Part shown: one piece after another, positions 18,894 to 27,805 of the stretch
Layout: each line of letters begins with the position of its first letter
Numbering within the stretch: position 1 is the stretch's first letter
Virus record (IMG/VR): IMGVR_UViG_3300044512_000115
Span: 1-33,884 of that record
DNA from: a virus
Lineage: Duplodnaviria; Caudoviricetes
Strand: one strand, 5' to 3'
DNA length: 33,884 nt
Program-made: the position numbers and the translations under genes
Notes under the pieces: model-generated
What the model saw: only the letters and a program-made list of their open reading frames with translations
Told to the model about the DNA's origin: nothing
The model's database searches: none

Positions 18894-19412
18894 ATGGCTT
18901 GTAATTTAACACAAGGGAGAATAATCGATTGCAGGAACAGTACAGGCGGAATTTCTGAGGTATTGATTGCTAACTTTGGAGATATAACAATAGACACAGT
19001 AGCATCAGGAGTAATCACAGGACTAACTCAAGCAGTAGCTACTAACTTTTACAGATATTCTTTAGAAAAGGAGAACGGTTCTTTAATCGAAACTCACACA
19101 GGAAGTTTAGAGAATGGTACTAACTTTTATGATTCAGTTTTAGAATTTAACACTAAGAATTTAACAGCATCAGAAAACGAGGAGCTAACACTTTTAGACC
19201 AAGCTCAGTTATTCGTGATTGTCAAAGATATGAACGAAAAGTACTGGACAGTCGGAGCTTACTACGCTGCTGATAAATTAAGCGGTACATCAGTTACAGG
19301 CGCAGCTATGGGCGACCATAATGGCTACACCTATTCAATAAGCTCTAAGGAGGCTAAGCGGATGCTAGAAGTAAGCGCTGCTGATGTTATCGCAGGGTTA
19401 ACTATCGCATAG
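18894..19412 (+). CDS. Major tail (tube) protein
   Basis: MACNLTQG...C...GGI N-terminus, ENGTNFY and DHNGYT motifs recalled from Bacteroidota siphophage tube proteins. Confidence 0.7.
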   Translation: MACNLTQGRIIDCRNSTGGISEVLIANFGDITIDTVASGVITGLTQAVATNFYRYSLEKENGSLIETHTGSLENGTNFYDSVLEFNTKNLTASENEELTLLDQAQLFVIVKDMNEKYWTVGAYYAADKLSGTSVTGAAMGDHNGYTYSISSKEAKRMLEVSAADVIAGLTIA

Positions 19413-19432
19413 TTTTAACCAACTAATTAAGG

Positions 19433-19464
19433 AGAGGGCAGTATTAATTTATTGCCCTTTTTTT
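19433..19464 (+). terminator. Intrinsic terminator
   Basis: AGGGCAGTA/TATTGCCCT stem followed by a T run. Confidence 0.8.
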
Positions 19465-19680
19465 ATGCTTAAAAATAAAATACTTACAAAAAAATTAGGT
19501 TTTGTCAATAATTCGCTAGAGCCATTTTAAAGCGTTTTAAGACACTTTCGTCTTTCGCTAGTATGCTACTATTAAAAAAAATAGTTCGTTAAAAGCCCAT
19601 TTTTATTGGGCTGTAGAGCTAAAAATAATTAGTTAAAAATTAGGTTTATTAAATATTTTTTATTAAAGGCATTTATTTTA

Positions 19681-19712
19681 TACAACTAATAAAAATTTTT
19701 ACAATAGATAGT
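19681..19712 (+). promoter_or_regulatory. Putative phage late promoter 3
   Basis: TACAACTA-ataaaaattttt-ACAATAGATAGT directly before ATG 19713. Confidence 0.75.
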
Positions 19713-19886
19713 ATGGAGTTAAAAGATGAATATAAAAGAGGCGGTTCTGTCTATCATAAAGTAGTCGGACACGTTACCATAGTAAACGATAAAAAGCAGT
19801 TTGCTAAATACAAAAAGTTAGGTTTAGATGTTTTCAAAGTGGAGAAAAAAAAGAAGGAAAAGAAAGAGAAAAGCGATTCTGAATAA
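19713..19886 (+). CDS. Small Lys-rich 57 aa protein (MELKDEYKRG...KEKSDSE)
   Basis: Hand-translated; late motif upstream; TAATG coupling to 19886. Confidence 0.7.
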   Translation: MELKDEYKRGGSVYHKVVGHVTIVNDKKQFAKYKKLGLDVFKVEKKKKEKKEKSDSE

Positions 19887-20281
19887 TGCCGATTTTAATA
19901 AACGAAAATACGACAAGCAACCTAACTTTAACACTAAAGGAAAAGACTACATTATCTTCTCCAGTTTACCTATTTCAATTTAGGAACGTAACCGAGAAAG
20001 TTAGCTACTATTGTATAATGGCAGACACTAGCTTATATAAAGATAGGTATAACGAATTTGTATTTACAGAAGGTACAGACTCTCCACTAGTCGGGGAGTT
20101 AATTCTAGGCGCAGGCGGTCAATACGAATATTTTGTTTACGAGCAAAGCAGTTCTACTAACTTAGACCCTACCTTAGCAACTGGCTTAGTAGAGTCTGGC
20201 TTAATGGACTTAGAACGTGCTAGTACTACCTATAATCAGCACGACATAGACATAACCTATAAAACGCATCAAGTAACATGA
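19886..20281 (+). CDS. Hypothetical virion-associated protein
   Basis: Directly upstream of the portal, with ATGA overlap. Confidence 0.6.
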   Translation: MPILINENTTSNLTLTLKEKTTLSSPVYLFQFRNVTEKVSYYCIMADTSLYKDRYNEFVFTEGTDSPLVGELILGAGGQYEYFVYEQSSSTNLDPTLATGLVESGLMDLERASTTYNQHDIDITYKTHQVT

Positions 20282-22116
20282 TGAACAAAGAAAATATTTT
20301 AATCTTTAATTTTGAAGCTAACAAGCCGCCTGTATTTAAAGAGGAGCGAGGTAAAGACTATATCGTATATGGTACAGAAGCACCTTGGAAAAACTTATAC
20401 CCTGACTACTTAGTAGAGCTTTACAATACCTCAGGAAAGCACAATAGTATTATTAACGGTAAAACTAATTACATAAGCGGTAGAGGTTGGAAAGTAGATG
20501 AAACAGTAAGAACGCTAGAGGACAAAGTAAAACTAGAAAACTTTATTAACCACGTAGGTAATGACTCACTATTTGAACTTACAAAAAAGATTGTAAAAGA
20601 TAACGAGCTGTTTGGCGGTTATGCTTTAGAAGTAATAGTTACTAAAGACGGCAAAGGTTTAATCATTAATCACATTGACTTTGGCGATATTAGAGTAGGG
20701 GTAGAGGAAGATACTTATTTTTATACATCAGATTGGGCGGCAAAAAAGCCAACTAACAATGAGGACTTTGAAACTTTAACATCTTTTCCTTTCGATGGCT
20801 CTGCTGTAAAAGGCGAAAGATACATTTGTTATTACAAGTCTTATAGACCAAACTTAAAAGAATATCCGCTTCCAAATTACGTAGCAGGAGTGCCGTACAT
20901 CGCAGCAGATTACGAAGTAGCTAACTATGTTTTAAACAATACAAAACATGGATACTCAGGTGGTACTATATGGAATTTCCATAATGGACAGCCTACTCAA
21001 GAGGCGCAGGCTTATATAAAAAAGCAGATTAAAAATAAGCATCATGGTTCTAACAATGCAGGCGAGCCAGTTATTATTTTTGACGATGGAAAAGATAAAG
21101 GAGTTGAGATAATAAGCACAAACCCTAACGGACAAGACGACAAGTTTATAAACTTAAACCAACAGATACAAGACGAAATATTTACAGCGCATGGAGTAGA
21201 TGCTTCTGTATTTATTAAAACAATAGACACAGGCTTTAGCAATAACGCAGACGAGCTAAGAGTAGCAATAGAGGCAATGAATAGCAGTTACATTGAGCCT
21301 AACCAAATAATGTACGAAAAGCTATTTAATGACTTTGTAGTATTACTTGGAATGCCTAGCGGTCTTAGAATAGAAAAGATAGCACCTATTAAAGTACAAA
21401 TTTCAGAGAGTACTTTAGTATCTGTATTAACTACTGACGAAATTAGAGAGCTTGCAGGCTACAAGCCATTAGAAAAGCCTTTAGAAAAGAAAACAGAGCA
21501 AGTTTTTAGCGAAGATGAGGAGCTTTTCTGGACTGAGTTATCTAAGCTAGGTTACCACGATGACGAGCTAGAAGTAATAAGCGAAAAGGAGCTAGACTAC
21601 AACCCTTTTGACTTTGCCGACATAGGGAGCATAGACAGCCAAGTAATAGACATTATTAAGGCTAACCCTAAAACAACTGTAGAAGATATAGCGCAGCAAG
21701 TAGGCGAAACACCTAGCGAAGTACAGGAAAGGATAGATAGACTTGTTAAGAACGGTTTACTAGACCTACAAAAGACACAAATAAAAGTAACAGACGAAGG
21801 CGAGGAGGAAGTTTCAGAGATTATAACAGTTTATAAATATAAATTAAGAGCAGACTTGTCAGGCTCTCCTATAATTGCAGGCAGTAGAGACTTTTGTAAA
21901 CGAATGATATCTTTATCTAAAACAAGGTCTTGGACTTATAAAGAGATAACAGAATTTAGAGACTCTATAGCAGGCAGCGAAGGAGAAGGCTTAAACGCTC
22001 AAGGTACAGACTTATGGAGTAAGCGTGGCGGATGGTGGAATAGAAACGGTAATAGAGTACCCTACTGCCGACACGTATGGTCTGCTAGAACGGTTAGAGT
22101 TAAGAAAGATGCTTAG
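20278..22116 (+). CDS. Portal protein with C-terminal winged-HTH and Cys/His domain
   Basis: YPDYLVELYNTSGKHNSII, YPLPNY, GSNNAG, IFTAH portal-like motifs; ~170 aa extension. Confidence 0.8.
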   Translation: MMNKENILIFNFEANKPPVFKEERGKDYIVYGTEAPWKNLYPDYLVELYNTSGKHNSIINGKTNYISGRGWKVDETVRTLEDKVKLENFINHVGNDSLFELTKKIVKDNELFGGYALEVIVTKDGKGLIINHIDFGDIRVGVEEDTYFYTSDWAAKKPTNNEDFETLTSFPFDGSAVKGERYICYYKSYRPNLKEYPLPNYVAGVPYIAADYEVANYVLNNTKHGYSGGTIWNFHNGQPTQEAQAYIKKQIKNKHHGSNNAGEPVIIFDDGKDKGVEIISTNPNGQDDKFINLNQQIQDEIFTAHGVDASVFIKTIDTGFSNNADELRVAIEAMNSSYIEPNQIMYEKLFNDFVVLLGMPSGLRIEKIAPIKVQISESTLVSVLTTDEIRELAGYKPLEKPLEKKTEQVFSEDEELFWTELSKLGYHDDELEVISEKELDYNPFDFADIGSIDSQVIDIIKANPKTTVEDIAQQVGETPSEVQERIDRLVKNGLLDLQKTQIKVTDEGEEEVSEIITVYKYKLRADLSGSPIIAGSRDFCKRMISLSKTRSWTYKEITEFRDSIAGSEGEGLNAQGTDLWSKRGGWWNRNGNRVPYCRHVWSARTVRVKKDA

Positions 22117-22264
22117 TAGTTACCAACGGTTAAAATTTAAAAAGGACTTAGCTGTAAAAGTAGCTGAGGAACTTAAAGAAGACATAGAATTTATTATCAT
22201 GCGACCACATAGCAAAAGAGCAAAAGCAATAAGGAGAGAAGTAAAAGAGAAAAACAATGGCTAG
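22109..22264 (+). CDS. Small basic protein (MLSSYQRLKF..., 51 aa)
   Basis: Start re-called at ATG 22109, overlapping the portal stop. Confidence 0.55.
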   Translation: MLSSYQRLKFKKDLAVKVAEELKEDIEFIIMRPHSKRAKAIRREVKEKNNG

Positions 22265-22817
22265 AACTTTACTAATAGATATGGACTACATAAAGTCTAA
22301 TAGCATCCTAGATGACAATGTAGACGAAAGGCTCATGGTGGATGCGCTCTGGACTGCTCAGAGAGAGTACATTAAACCGATTCTAGGCACTAACTTATTC
22401 GATGACATAATAAGCAAAGCAGGCGCAGGAACGCTAGCAGGAAACGACCTAATATTAGTTAACACTTATATAGCACCTTGTTTATTAAAATACTTAGTGT
22501 TTGAGATGACGCCAATACTAGCTTACAAGTACAGAAATAAAGGAGTAGTACAGCAGAACTCAGAGAATAGCCAAGTAACCTCATTCGATGATCTTAACCA
22601 TTTGTTAAACAGATGGAGAGATAAAGCTGAGATGTTTGCAGAGGACATAATTAATTACCTAGTAGCTAACCATACACTATTCCCTTTATATACAAGTAAC
22701 TCAGAAAGCGATGATATATACCCTGCTAACTCTGCTTTTACTGGAGGCTTATACTTAGGCAATGGCAAAAATAGAGGCACAGGCTTTGACTACCTTAGAG
22801 ATTGTTGTAATGATTAA
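22257..22817 (+). CDS. Putative head-tail adaptor protein
   Basis: AQ...IKPILG..LF...YIAPCL pattern; downstream of the portal. Confidence 0.6.
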   Translation: MARTLLIDMDYIKSNSILDDNVDERLMVDALWTAQREYIKPILGTNLFDDIISKAGAGTLAGNDLILVNTYIAPCLLKYLVFEMTPILAYKYRNKGVVQQNSENSQVTSFDDLNHLLNRWRDKAEMFAEDIINYLVANHTLFPLYTSNSESDDIYPANSAFTGGLYLGNGKNRGTGFDYLRDCCND

Positions 22818-22881
22818 AACATGGCAAAAAATAAAGTTAAAAAATTTAGCATAGTAGATAAGAAGTTAAAAAAGTTTAGAG

Positions 22882-23337
22882 ATGAAAATCACGTACAACC
22901 AAATGATAAAAGAGTTTCAAGACTTTGCAACAGCTCACAAACAAATAAACGAGTTCGGTAACGGAGATCTTTGGGAAATTGTACAGCATGATTCTTTATT
23001 AAAGGACTTTAACTACCCTTTGTTATTTGTACAAGACAGTCCTGCAAGTATTGGCGATGGTTTTATTACAAACGGTTTTAATATCCTAGTAATGGATAAG
23101 GCAAATGAAGGAACGGTAGAAACAGAAGTAAAGTCAGATACGCTGCTAATTCTTTTAGATACTATTGCATATTTTGAAAAGCTCTACACAGATAATTGGA
23201 AGTTTGTAAAGATAGAAAAGTCAGGAAGTATAAGCAGCTTTACAGAACGCTTTGACGATACCTTAACAGGTTGGACTATGACAATGCAACTTAAACAACC
23301 TTTAGAATACGACGAGTGCCAAATACCACAAAATTAA
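22882..23337 (+). CDS. Putative tail terminator/completion protein
   Basis: YPLLFV, FTERFDDTLTGW pattern; position in the neck block. Confidence 0.55.
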   Translation: MKITYNQMIKEFQDFATAHKQINEFGNGDLWEIVQHDSLLKDFNYPLLFVQDSPASIGDGFITNGFNILVMDKANEGTVETEVKSDTLLILLDTIAYFEKLYTDNWKFVKIEKSGSISSFTERFDDTLTGWTMTMQLKQPLEYDECQIPQN

Positions 23338-23350
23338 TAAATAAATAAAA

Positions 23351-23626
23351 ATGACAAATTCAGGAGAATTAATAGCAATTAACGGAGTCGTAGTAATAAA
23401 CGACACAGCAGAGAAAGTACTAAATGCTGACTCTTACTACGTTTCAGAGGACACAGTAATAGCTAGAATAGAAGTAAACGGAGACAATGCTACAGACGTA
23501 CTAGCAGACTATATCACAACCCCTGCAACTGGAGTAAAAGCAGGAGTACTAATAACACCACAAAAAGGAGATTACTTTAGCGCAATAACTTTAACTAGTG
23601 GCTCTGTAGTAGCAATCTTAAAATAG
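23351..23626 (+). CDS. Hypothetical structural protein
   Basis: Beta-rich, ends ITLTSGSVVA; precedes the LamG gene. Confidence 0.55.
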   Translation: MTNSGELIAINGVVVINDTAEKVLNADSYYVSEDTVIARIEVNGDNATDVLADYITTPATGVKAGVLITPQKGDYFSAITLTSGSVVAILK

Positions 23627-23630
23627 TCGT

Positions 23631-25112
23631 ATGTACGGATATGGCTATAAAATAAACAGCGGTCTAGTAGTAGGCTCAGGAGGCGGTGGCACACCTTTCG
23701 CTAACAACTATTCGTTAGAATTTGATGGAGTTGACGATTTTGTTGCTACAAGCGGAGTTTATTCAGAGTTAGATGGAGGCACTAAAATGACATTAAGCGT
23801 ATGGGTAAAGCCAATAAGTGGCGCACCTATTTTAGAATACATCATAAGCAATCCAAGAAATACAACTGCAAATCAGCATCAATTTGCTTTAACTTTATAT
23901 GAAAACAATAACGTTCAATTTGATGTGCAAGCACATAATTCTCAATATGTAGTAGCAGATATAAATGCAATAACGTACGGTCAATGGAATCACATTTTAG
24001 TGTGTGTTGATTTAGATAGAACGATAGGAACAGAAGGAGCAATATTCATAAATGGCGCAGATGAAACAACCAATTCTGTTATGGGTACTTTAGGAAGTTT
24101 TTATACTGCAACAGATGCGCTACATATAGGAGTAGACGCTAACGGAGGCTATAACCCTTACAACGGTGCTATGGATGAATTGGCTATTTGGAGTGGTCAA
24201 GACTACAGAGGCGTAAGCGAAGTAAGTGCTATCTACAACAGTGGTGCTCCAACAGATTTAAGTAATACAAGCGGAATAGCACAACCAAATCTTTGGTATA
24301 GAATGGGAGACAACGGCGCTTACAAGTCCCCACAGTTTTTAATTCCTAACAATGAGAACAAAGAAAAAGTATCGAATTATAGCTTTGAGTTAGACGGGAT
24401 AGATGACTATGTAGATTTAGGAAATTTGAGTGAGCTTGGAGGTCAATCACAAGTTTCAATTTCTTTATGGTTTAAAAGAAGTGATAACTCCAATCGATTT
24501 CTATTAGACTTTAAAGAAGGCAGCTCAAGGTTAGCGATACAATTTTTTAACAGTAATACCTTGTATATTTATATAAATGGAGTTTCATATAATGTAGTTA
24601 TACCATCATTCGCTCTAAATACTTGGTATAACCTTACTTATGTATTCAATGGTAATGGCTCGACTAATGCGGATAGATTAAAGCTATTCATAGATGGTGT
24701 TAATTTAATAGGAGGAACTTATTCGGCTACCGTACCTACTGCGGTAGGTAGTTTTACCTCTTCAATGATTACTCGTTTAGGCAGCTTATATGTTAATAAT
24801 TTTGGTTGGAAGGGTAAAATAGATGAGGTAAGTATTTTTGATTCTGCTATTTCAATCTTAGATGTTTGGGATGGAAGTGGTCAACCTATTGATGTTTCCG
24901 CAGTTAGTGGTATTGTAAGCTACTATAAAATGGGCGAAGAAGCTACATTTAGCGGTGGAGTTTGGACAGTACCCGATGCAGTAGGGAGCAACGATGGAAC
25001 ATCTAATGCAATGACAATAGAGGACAGAGTAGGCGATGCACCAAATAGCACATCAAATGCCGTATCTTATAATATGGACTTAGCGGATAGAGTAACAGAC
25101 GTTCCAACATAA
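23631..25112 (+). CDS. Tandem LamG/concanavalin-A-like domain virion protein
   Basis: Two units: YSLEFDGVDDFV...SVWVK...WNHI...MDELAIW...WYRMGD and YSFELDGIDDYV...SLWFK...WYNL...IDEVSIF...YYKMGE. Confidence 0.85.
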   Translation: MYGYGYKINSGLVVGSGGGGTPFANNYSLEFDGVDDFVATSGVYSELDGGTKMTLSVWVKPISGAPILEYIISNPRNTTANQHQFALTLYENNNVQFDVQAHNSQYVVADINAITYGQWNHILVCVDLDRTIGTEGAIFINGADETTNSVMGTLGSFYTATDALHIGVDANGGYNPYNGAMDELAIWSGQDYRGVSEVSAIYNSGAPTDLSNTSGIAQPNLWYRMGDNGAYKSPQFLIPNNENKEKVSNYSFELDGIDDYVDLGNLSELGGQSQVSISLWFKRSDNSNRFLLDFKEGSSRLAIQFFNSNTLYIYINGVSYNVVIPSFALNTWYNLTYVFNGNGSTNADRLKLFIDGVNLIGGTYSATVPTAVGSFTSSMITRLGSLYVNNFGWKGKIDEVSIFDSAISILDVWDGSGQPIDVSAVSGIVSYYKMGEEATFSGGVWTVPDAVGSNDGTSNAMTIEDRVGDAPNSTSNAVSYNMDLADRVTDVPT

Positions 25113-25129
25113 TTTTAAAATATATAAAA

Positions 25130-25381
25130 ATGCACAATAGTAAAACATACGCGGTAATTAATATTTCAGACATAGGCTTAATAGACTTTAGCCAAATTGC
25201 TCAAAGTTCAGCTTCTACAATTAGAAAGAGTTTAGACGATACGCAATTTGTAATAAAATGGCAGGAAGGATACGAGCCTACATTTATTGCAGACGGAACA
25301 GTTATTCCAGTAGGAATATACGACCACCACGCAATACTAGAATTAATGTCAACCGATAAATGGAGTGAAGAAATAATTTAA
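25130..25381 (+). CDS. Hypothetical protein
   Basis: ORF track; follows the LamG gene. Confidence 0.65.
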   Translation: MHNSKTYAVINISDIGLIDFSQIAQSSASTIRKSLDDTQFVIKWQEGYEPTFIADGTVIPVGIYDHHAILELMSTDKWSEEII

Positions 25382-25393
25382 ACAAGGCAGAGA

Positions 25394-25714
25394 ATGGAGG
25401 GAATGGAGGCGACTTTTATTTTAAAAGATGTTATTTACATAGTAGTAGGCGTAGCAAGTGCTTTAGGTTTTTACTGGAAAATGGTAATGAGTGACAAAAG
25501 CCAAGAGGAAAAAATTAAACAGATGCAGAAAGACATACAAAAAAACGAAAGCGTAATGTTTAAAAAGTTCTCAGGCATCCATACCAGAATGGAGAAAAGC
25601 GAAGAGAAAAACAAAACAGAGCTAGACACTATTAATAAAGAACTCAACGAGGTAAAAGTAGGCATCTCTACTATTAACGGAAAGTTAGACATTTTAATAA
25701 ATAACAATGTATAG
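25394..25714 (+). CDS. Membrane protein, one TM plus coiled coil (holin/antiholin-like)
   Basis: VIYIVVGVASALGFYW TM segment; overlaps the endolysin start. Confidence 0.55.
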   Translation: MEGMEATFILKDVIYIVVGVASALGFYWKMVMSDKSQEEKIKQMQKDIQKNESVMFKKFSGIHTRMEKSEEKNKTELDTINKELNEVKVGISTINGKLDILINNNV

Positions 25715-26141
25715 ATTTAGCTCCAGAAGTTTAGACCGATTAGAATATGTAGATCCTATTCTTATCAAAATACTAAAGGAAGGTATTAAACACTCGCCTT
25801 ATGATTTTGGCATCCCTAGAGATGGAGGCTTTAGAACCTTTCGCAGACAAGAAGAACTATATGCTAGAGGCAGAACTACTGAGCAGTTAATTAAAAAGGG
25901 CATTGTAGGAATAGAGGGCAGACCTGACAAAAGCCGTATAACTTGGACGCTAAAAAGTTACCACATGACTGGTAAGGCTTTCGACATTTACGCTTATGTA
26001 GATGGGCAAGCTAGTTGGGATCTAAAATACCTAGAACCTATTGCTAGACATTTACAAGAGGTAGCCTTAAAACATGGAGTAATACTTAACTGGGGTCAAG
26101 ACCTTTGGGGAAAGGATGGCGCACATTTTCAAATAGATTAA
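25707..26141 (+). CDS. Endolysin, peptidase M15 family (L-Ala-D-Glu peptidase-like)
   Basis: GFRT..RQEELYARGRT, SYH..GKAFD, DGAHFQ zinc-binding motifs. Confidence 0.9.
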   Translation: MYRFSSRSLDRLEYVDPILIKILKEGIKHSPYDFGIPRDGGFRTFRRQEELYARGRTTEQLIKKGIVGIEGRPDKSRITWTLKSYHMTGKAFDIYAYVDGQASWDLKYLEPIARHLQEVALKHGVILNWGQDLWGKDGAHFQID

Positions 26142-26151
26142 AACAAAAAAA

Positions 26152-26331
26152 ATGGAAAGATTATTTAAAAGCGGAATAGTAACTACTTTAATGGGGTTAA
26201 CTATTCTCAGTATAGCAGTAAGTTTATACATAAGCAAAGGACATACAGAAACAGAAGCAGGAGCAGTAGCTGCTTTAGGAGTATTACTACTTAGAGCTAA
26301 AGATTCTTTAATAGGCTTAAAAAGAAAGTGA
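26152..26331 (+). CDS. Putative holin (59 aa, 2 TM)
   Basis: Hand-translated MERLFKSGIVTTLMGLTILSIAVSLYI...AGAVAALGVLLLRAKDSLIGLKRK; between endolysin and spanin, GTGA overlap. Confidence 0.7.
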   Translation: MERLFKSGIVTTLMGLTILSIAVSLYISKGHTETEAGAVAALGVLLLRAKDSLIGLKRK

Positions 26332-26750
26332 GAATATTAATACTTTGTATATTTTTAATATCCTGCAATCCACAAAACAGACTTAACCGTAAAGTAAAGA
26401 GAGCAGAGAATTACGCCTATAAACATGGCTTAGTAATTAAAGACACTATTAAGGTAGTTGACACAGTTATAATAGAAAGCTATATACACGACACTACAGC
26501 GACTTTCTACACTCATGACAGCATAACAGTAATAGATAATTCAAAAGTTGTTTTAAAGTACTTTTACGACACTCTGAGACAGGAGATATACCACGAAGTA
26601 GAATGCAGAGGGGATACTATTGTTAAGGAGGTACTAGTGCCAGTCGATAAGGTTAAAGTAATTGAAAAGGATAACCGATTTAATATTATTCTTATAGTGT
26701 TAATTGCTGCTTTGTTCTTTGTTATTCTTAGGCGAAATTATGTAGCTTAG
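26328..26750 (+). CDS. Unimolecular spanin-like lipoprotein
   Basis: Signal peptide with lipobox (FLIS-C), beta-rich middle, C-terminal TM followed by RR. Confidence 0.7.
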   Translation: MRILILCIFLISCNPQNRLNRKVKRAENYAYKHGLVIKDTIKVVDTVIIESYIHDTTATFYTHDSITVIDNSKVVLKYFYDTLRQEIYHEVECRGDTIVKEVLVPVDKVKVIEKDNRFNIILIVLIAALFFVILRRNYVA

Positions 26751-26757
26751 TTTTTAG

Positions 26758-26765
26758 TATATTTG
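26758..26765 (+). promoter_or_regulatory. Host-sigma -7 element TATATTTG
   Basis: Intergenic, 5 nt before ATG 26771. Confidence 0.7.
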
Positions 26766-26770
26766 CAACT

Positions 26771-27805
26771 ATGGAAAACAGAAACACTAGAAGACTACGA
26801 TTAAAACAAGACGAGTTCGACCTTATCCAAAACTACAGAAGGATAAAAGAGGAAAGCATAGCAGCAGGAGTTAACCCTGACGACGTTAAACATGGATGGC
26901 TCAAGACAGACAACTCTAGCCTATTTTTTAAAAACCCAAACTTTAAGACAGAAGCAAAGAATAAGTTTGCAGAGGACTTAATAAAAGAGCTAGAACAGTA
27001 CTCGCCTAATTACCCAACTATAAAGCGCAGCAAGTCAGAGGATGGACATTTATTAGTATTAGACCCTGCAGATATTCACGTAGGTAAACTTTGTTCGGTC
27101 CTGGAAACTGGCAAAGAATACAATCAACAGATAGCAGTTAGACAAGTAAAAGAGGGAGTACAAGGCATCTTAGATAAGTCTAGCGGATTTAATATTGACA
27201 AGATTAATTTCATTGCAGGAAATGACATACTGCACACAGACACACCTAAAAGAAATACTACAAGTGGAACTCCTCAGGATACAGATGGCATGTGGTACGA
27301 AAACTTTTTAAATGCTAAAAGGTTATATGTTGAGGTTATTGAGCAGCTTATTCAGATTGCAGACGTTCATTTTACTTTCAATCCTAGCAATCACGATTAC
27401 ATGACTGGATTCTTTTTAGCAGATGTAATTAAAACGCATTTTAGACATTGTAAAAACATAACTTTTGATTGTAGTATAGCACATAGAAAGTACTTTAAAT
27501 ACCATAAAAATTTAATAGGTACGACTCATGGAGATGGAGCAAAGAACCAAGACTTACCTTTATTAATGGCTACAGAAAGACCGATTCTCTGGAGTGAAAC
27601 AGAATACCGTTATGTTTATACTCATCATGTACATCATAAAATGAGCAAAGATATGATTGGAGTAACTGTAGAAAGTTTAAGAAGTCCAAGTCCTAGCGAT
27701 AGTTGGCACGACAGAAACGGTTATGTATCTAAACAAGCGATAGAGGGTTTTATACATCATAAAGAAAACGGACAAATAGCACGACTAACACACTACTTTA
27801 AATGA
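26771..27805 (+). CDS. Calcineurin-like metallophosphoesterase
   Basis: DIHVGK, GNDILH, SNHD, HGD and HHVHH metal-binding motifs. Confidence 0.85.
   Translation: MENRNTRRLRLKQDEFDLIQNYRRIKEESIAAGVNPDDVKHGWLKTDNSSLFFKNPNFKTEAKNKFAEDLIKELEQYSPNYPTIKRSKSEDGHLLVLDPADIHVGKLCSVLETGKEYNQQIAVRQVKEGVQGILDKSSGFNIDKINFIAGNDILHTDTPKRNTTSGTPQDTDGMWYENFLNAKRLYVEVIEQLIQIADVHFTFNPSNHDYMTGFFLADVIKTHFRHCKNITFDCSIAHRKYFKYHKNLIGTTHGDGAKNQDLPLLMATERPILWSETEYRYVYTHHVHHKMSKDMIGVTVESLRSPSPSDSWHDRNGYVSKQAIEGFIHHKENGQIARLTHYFK

Noticed and set aside
22025-22108. GTG-start extension of ORF 22025-22264
   Set aside because: Lies within the portal C-terminus; ATG 22109 is preferred.
22821-22961. 46-aa Lys-rich ORF with an in-frame A AAA AAG slippery heptamer at 22868-22874
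   Set aside because: A -1 shift meets TAG almost immediately and the next gene is in the +1 frame, so no fusion results; the ORF itself is uncertain because it overlaps the next gene by 80 nt.
23631-25112. Diversity-generating retroelement targeting the LamG or tail genes
   Set aside because: No reverse transcriptase and no TR/VR pair with adenine-specific mismatches seen.
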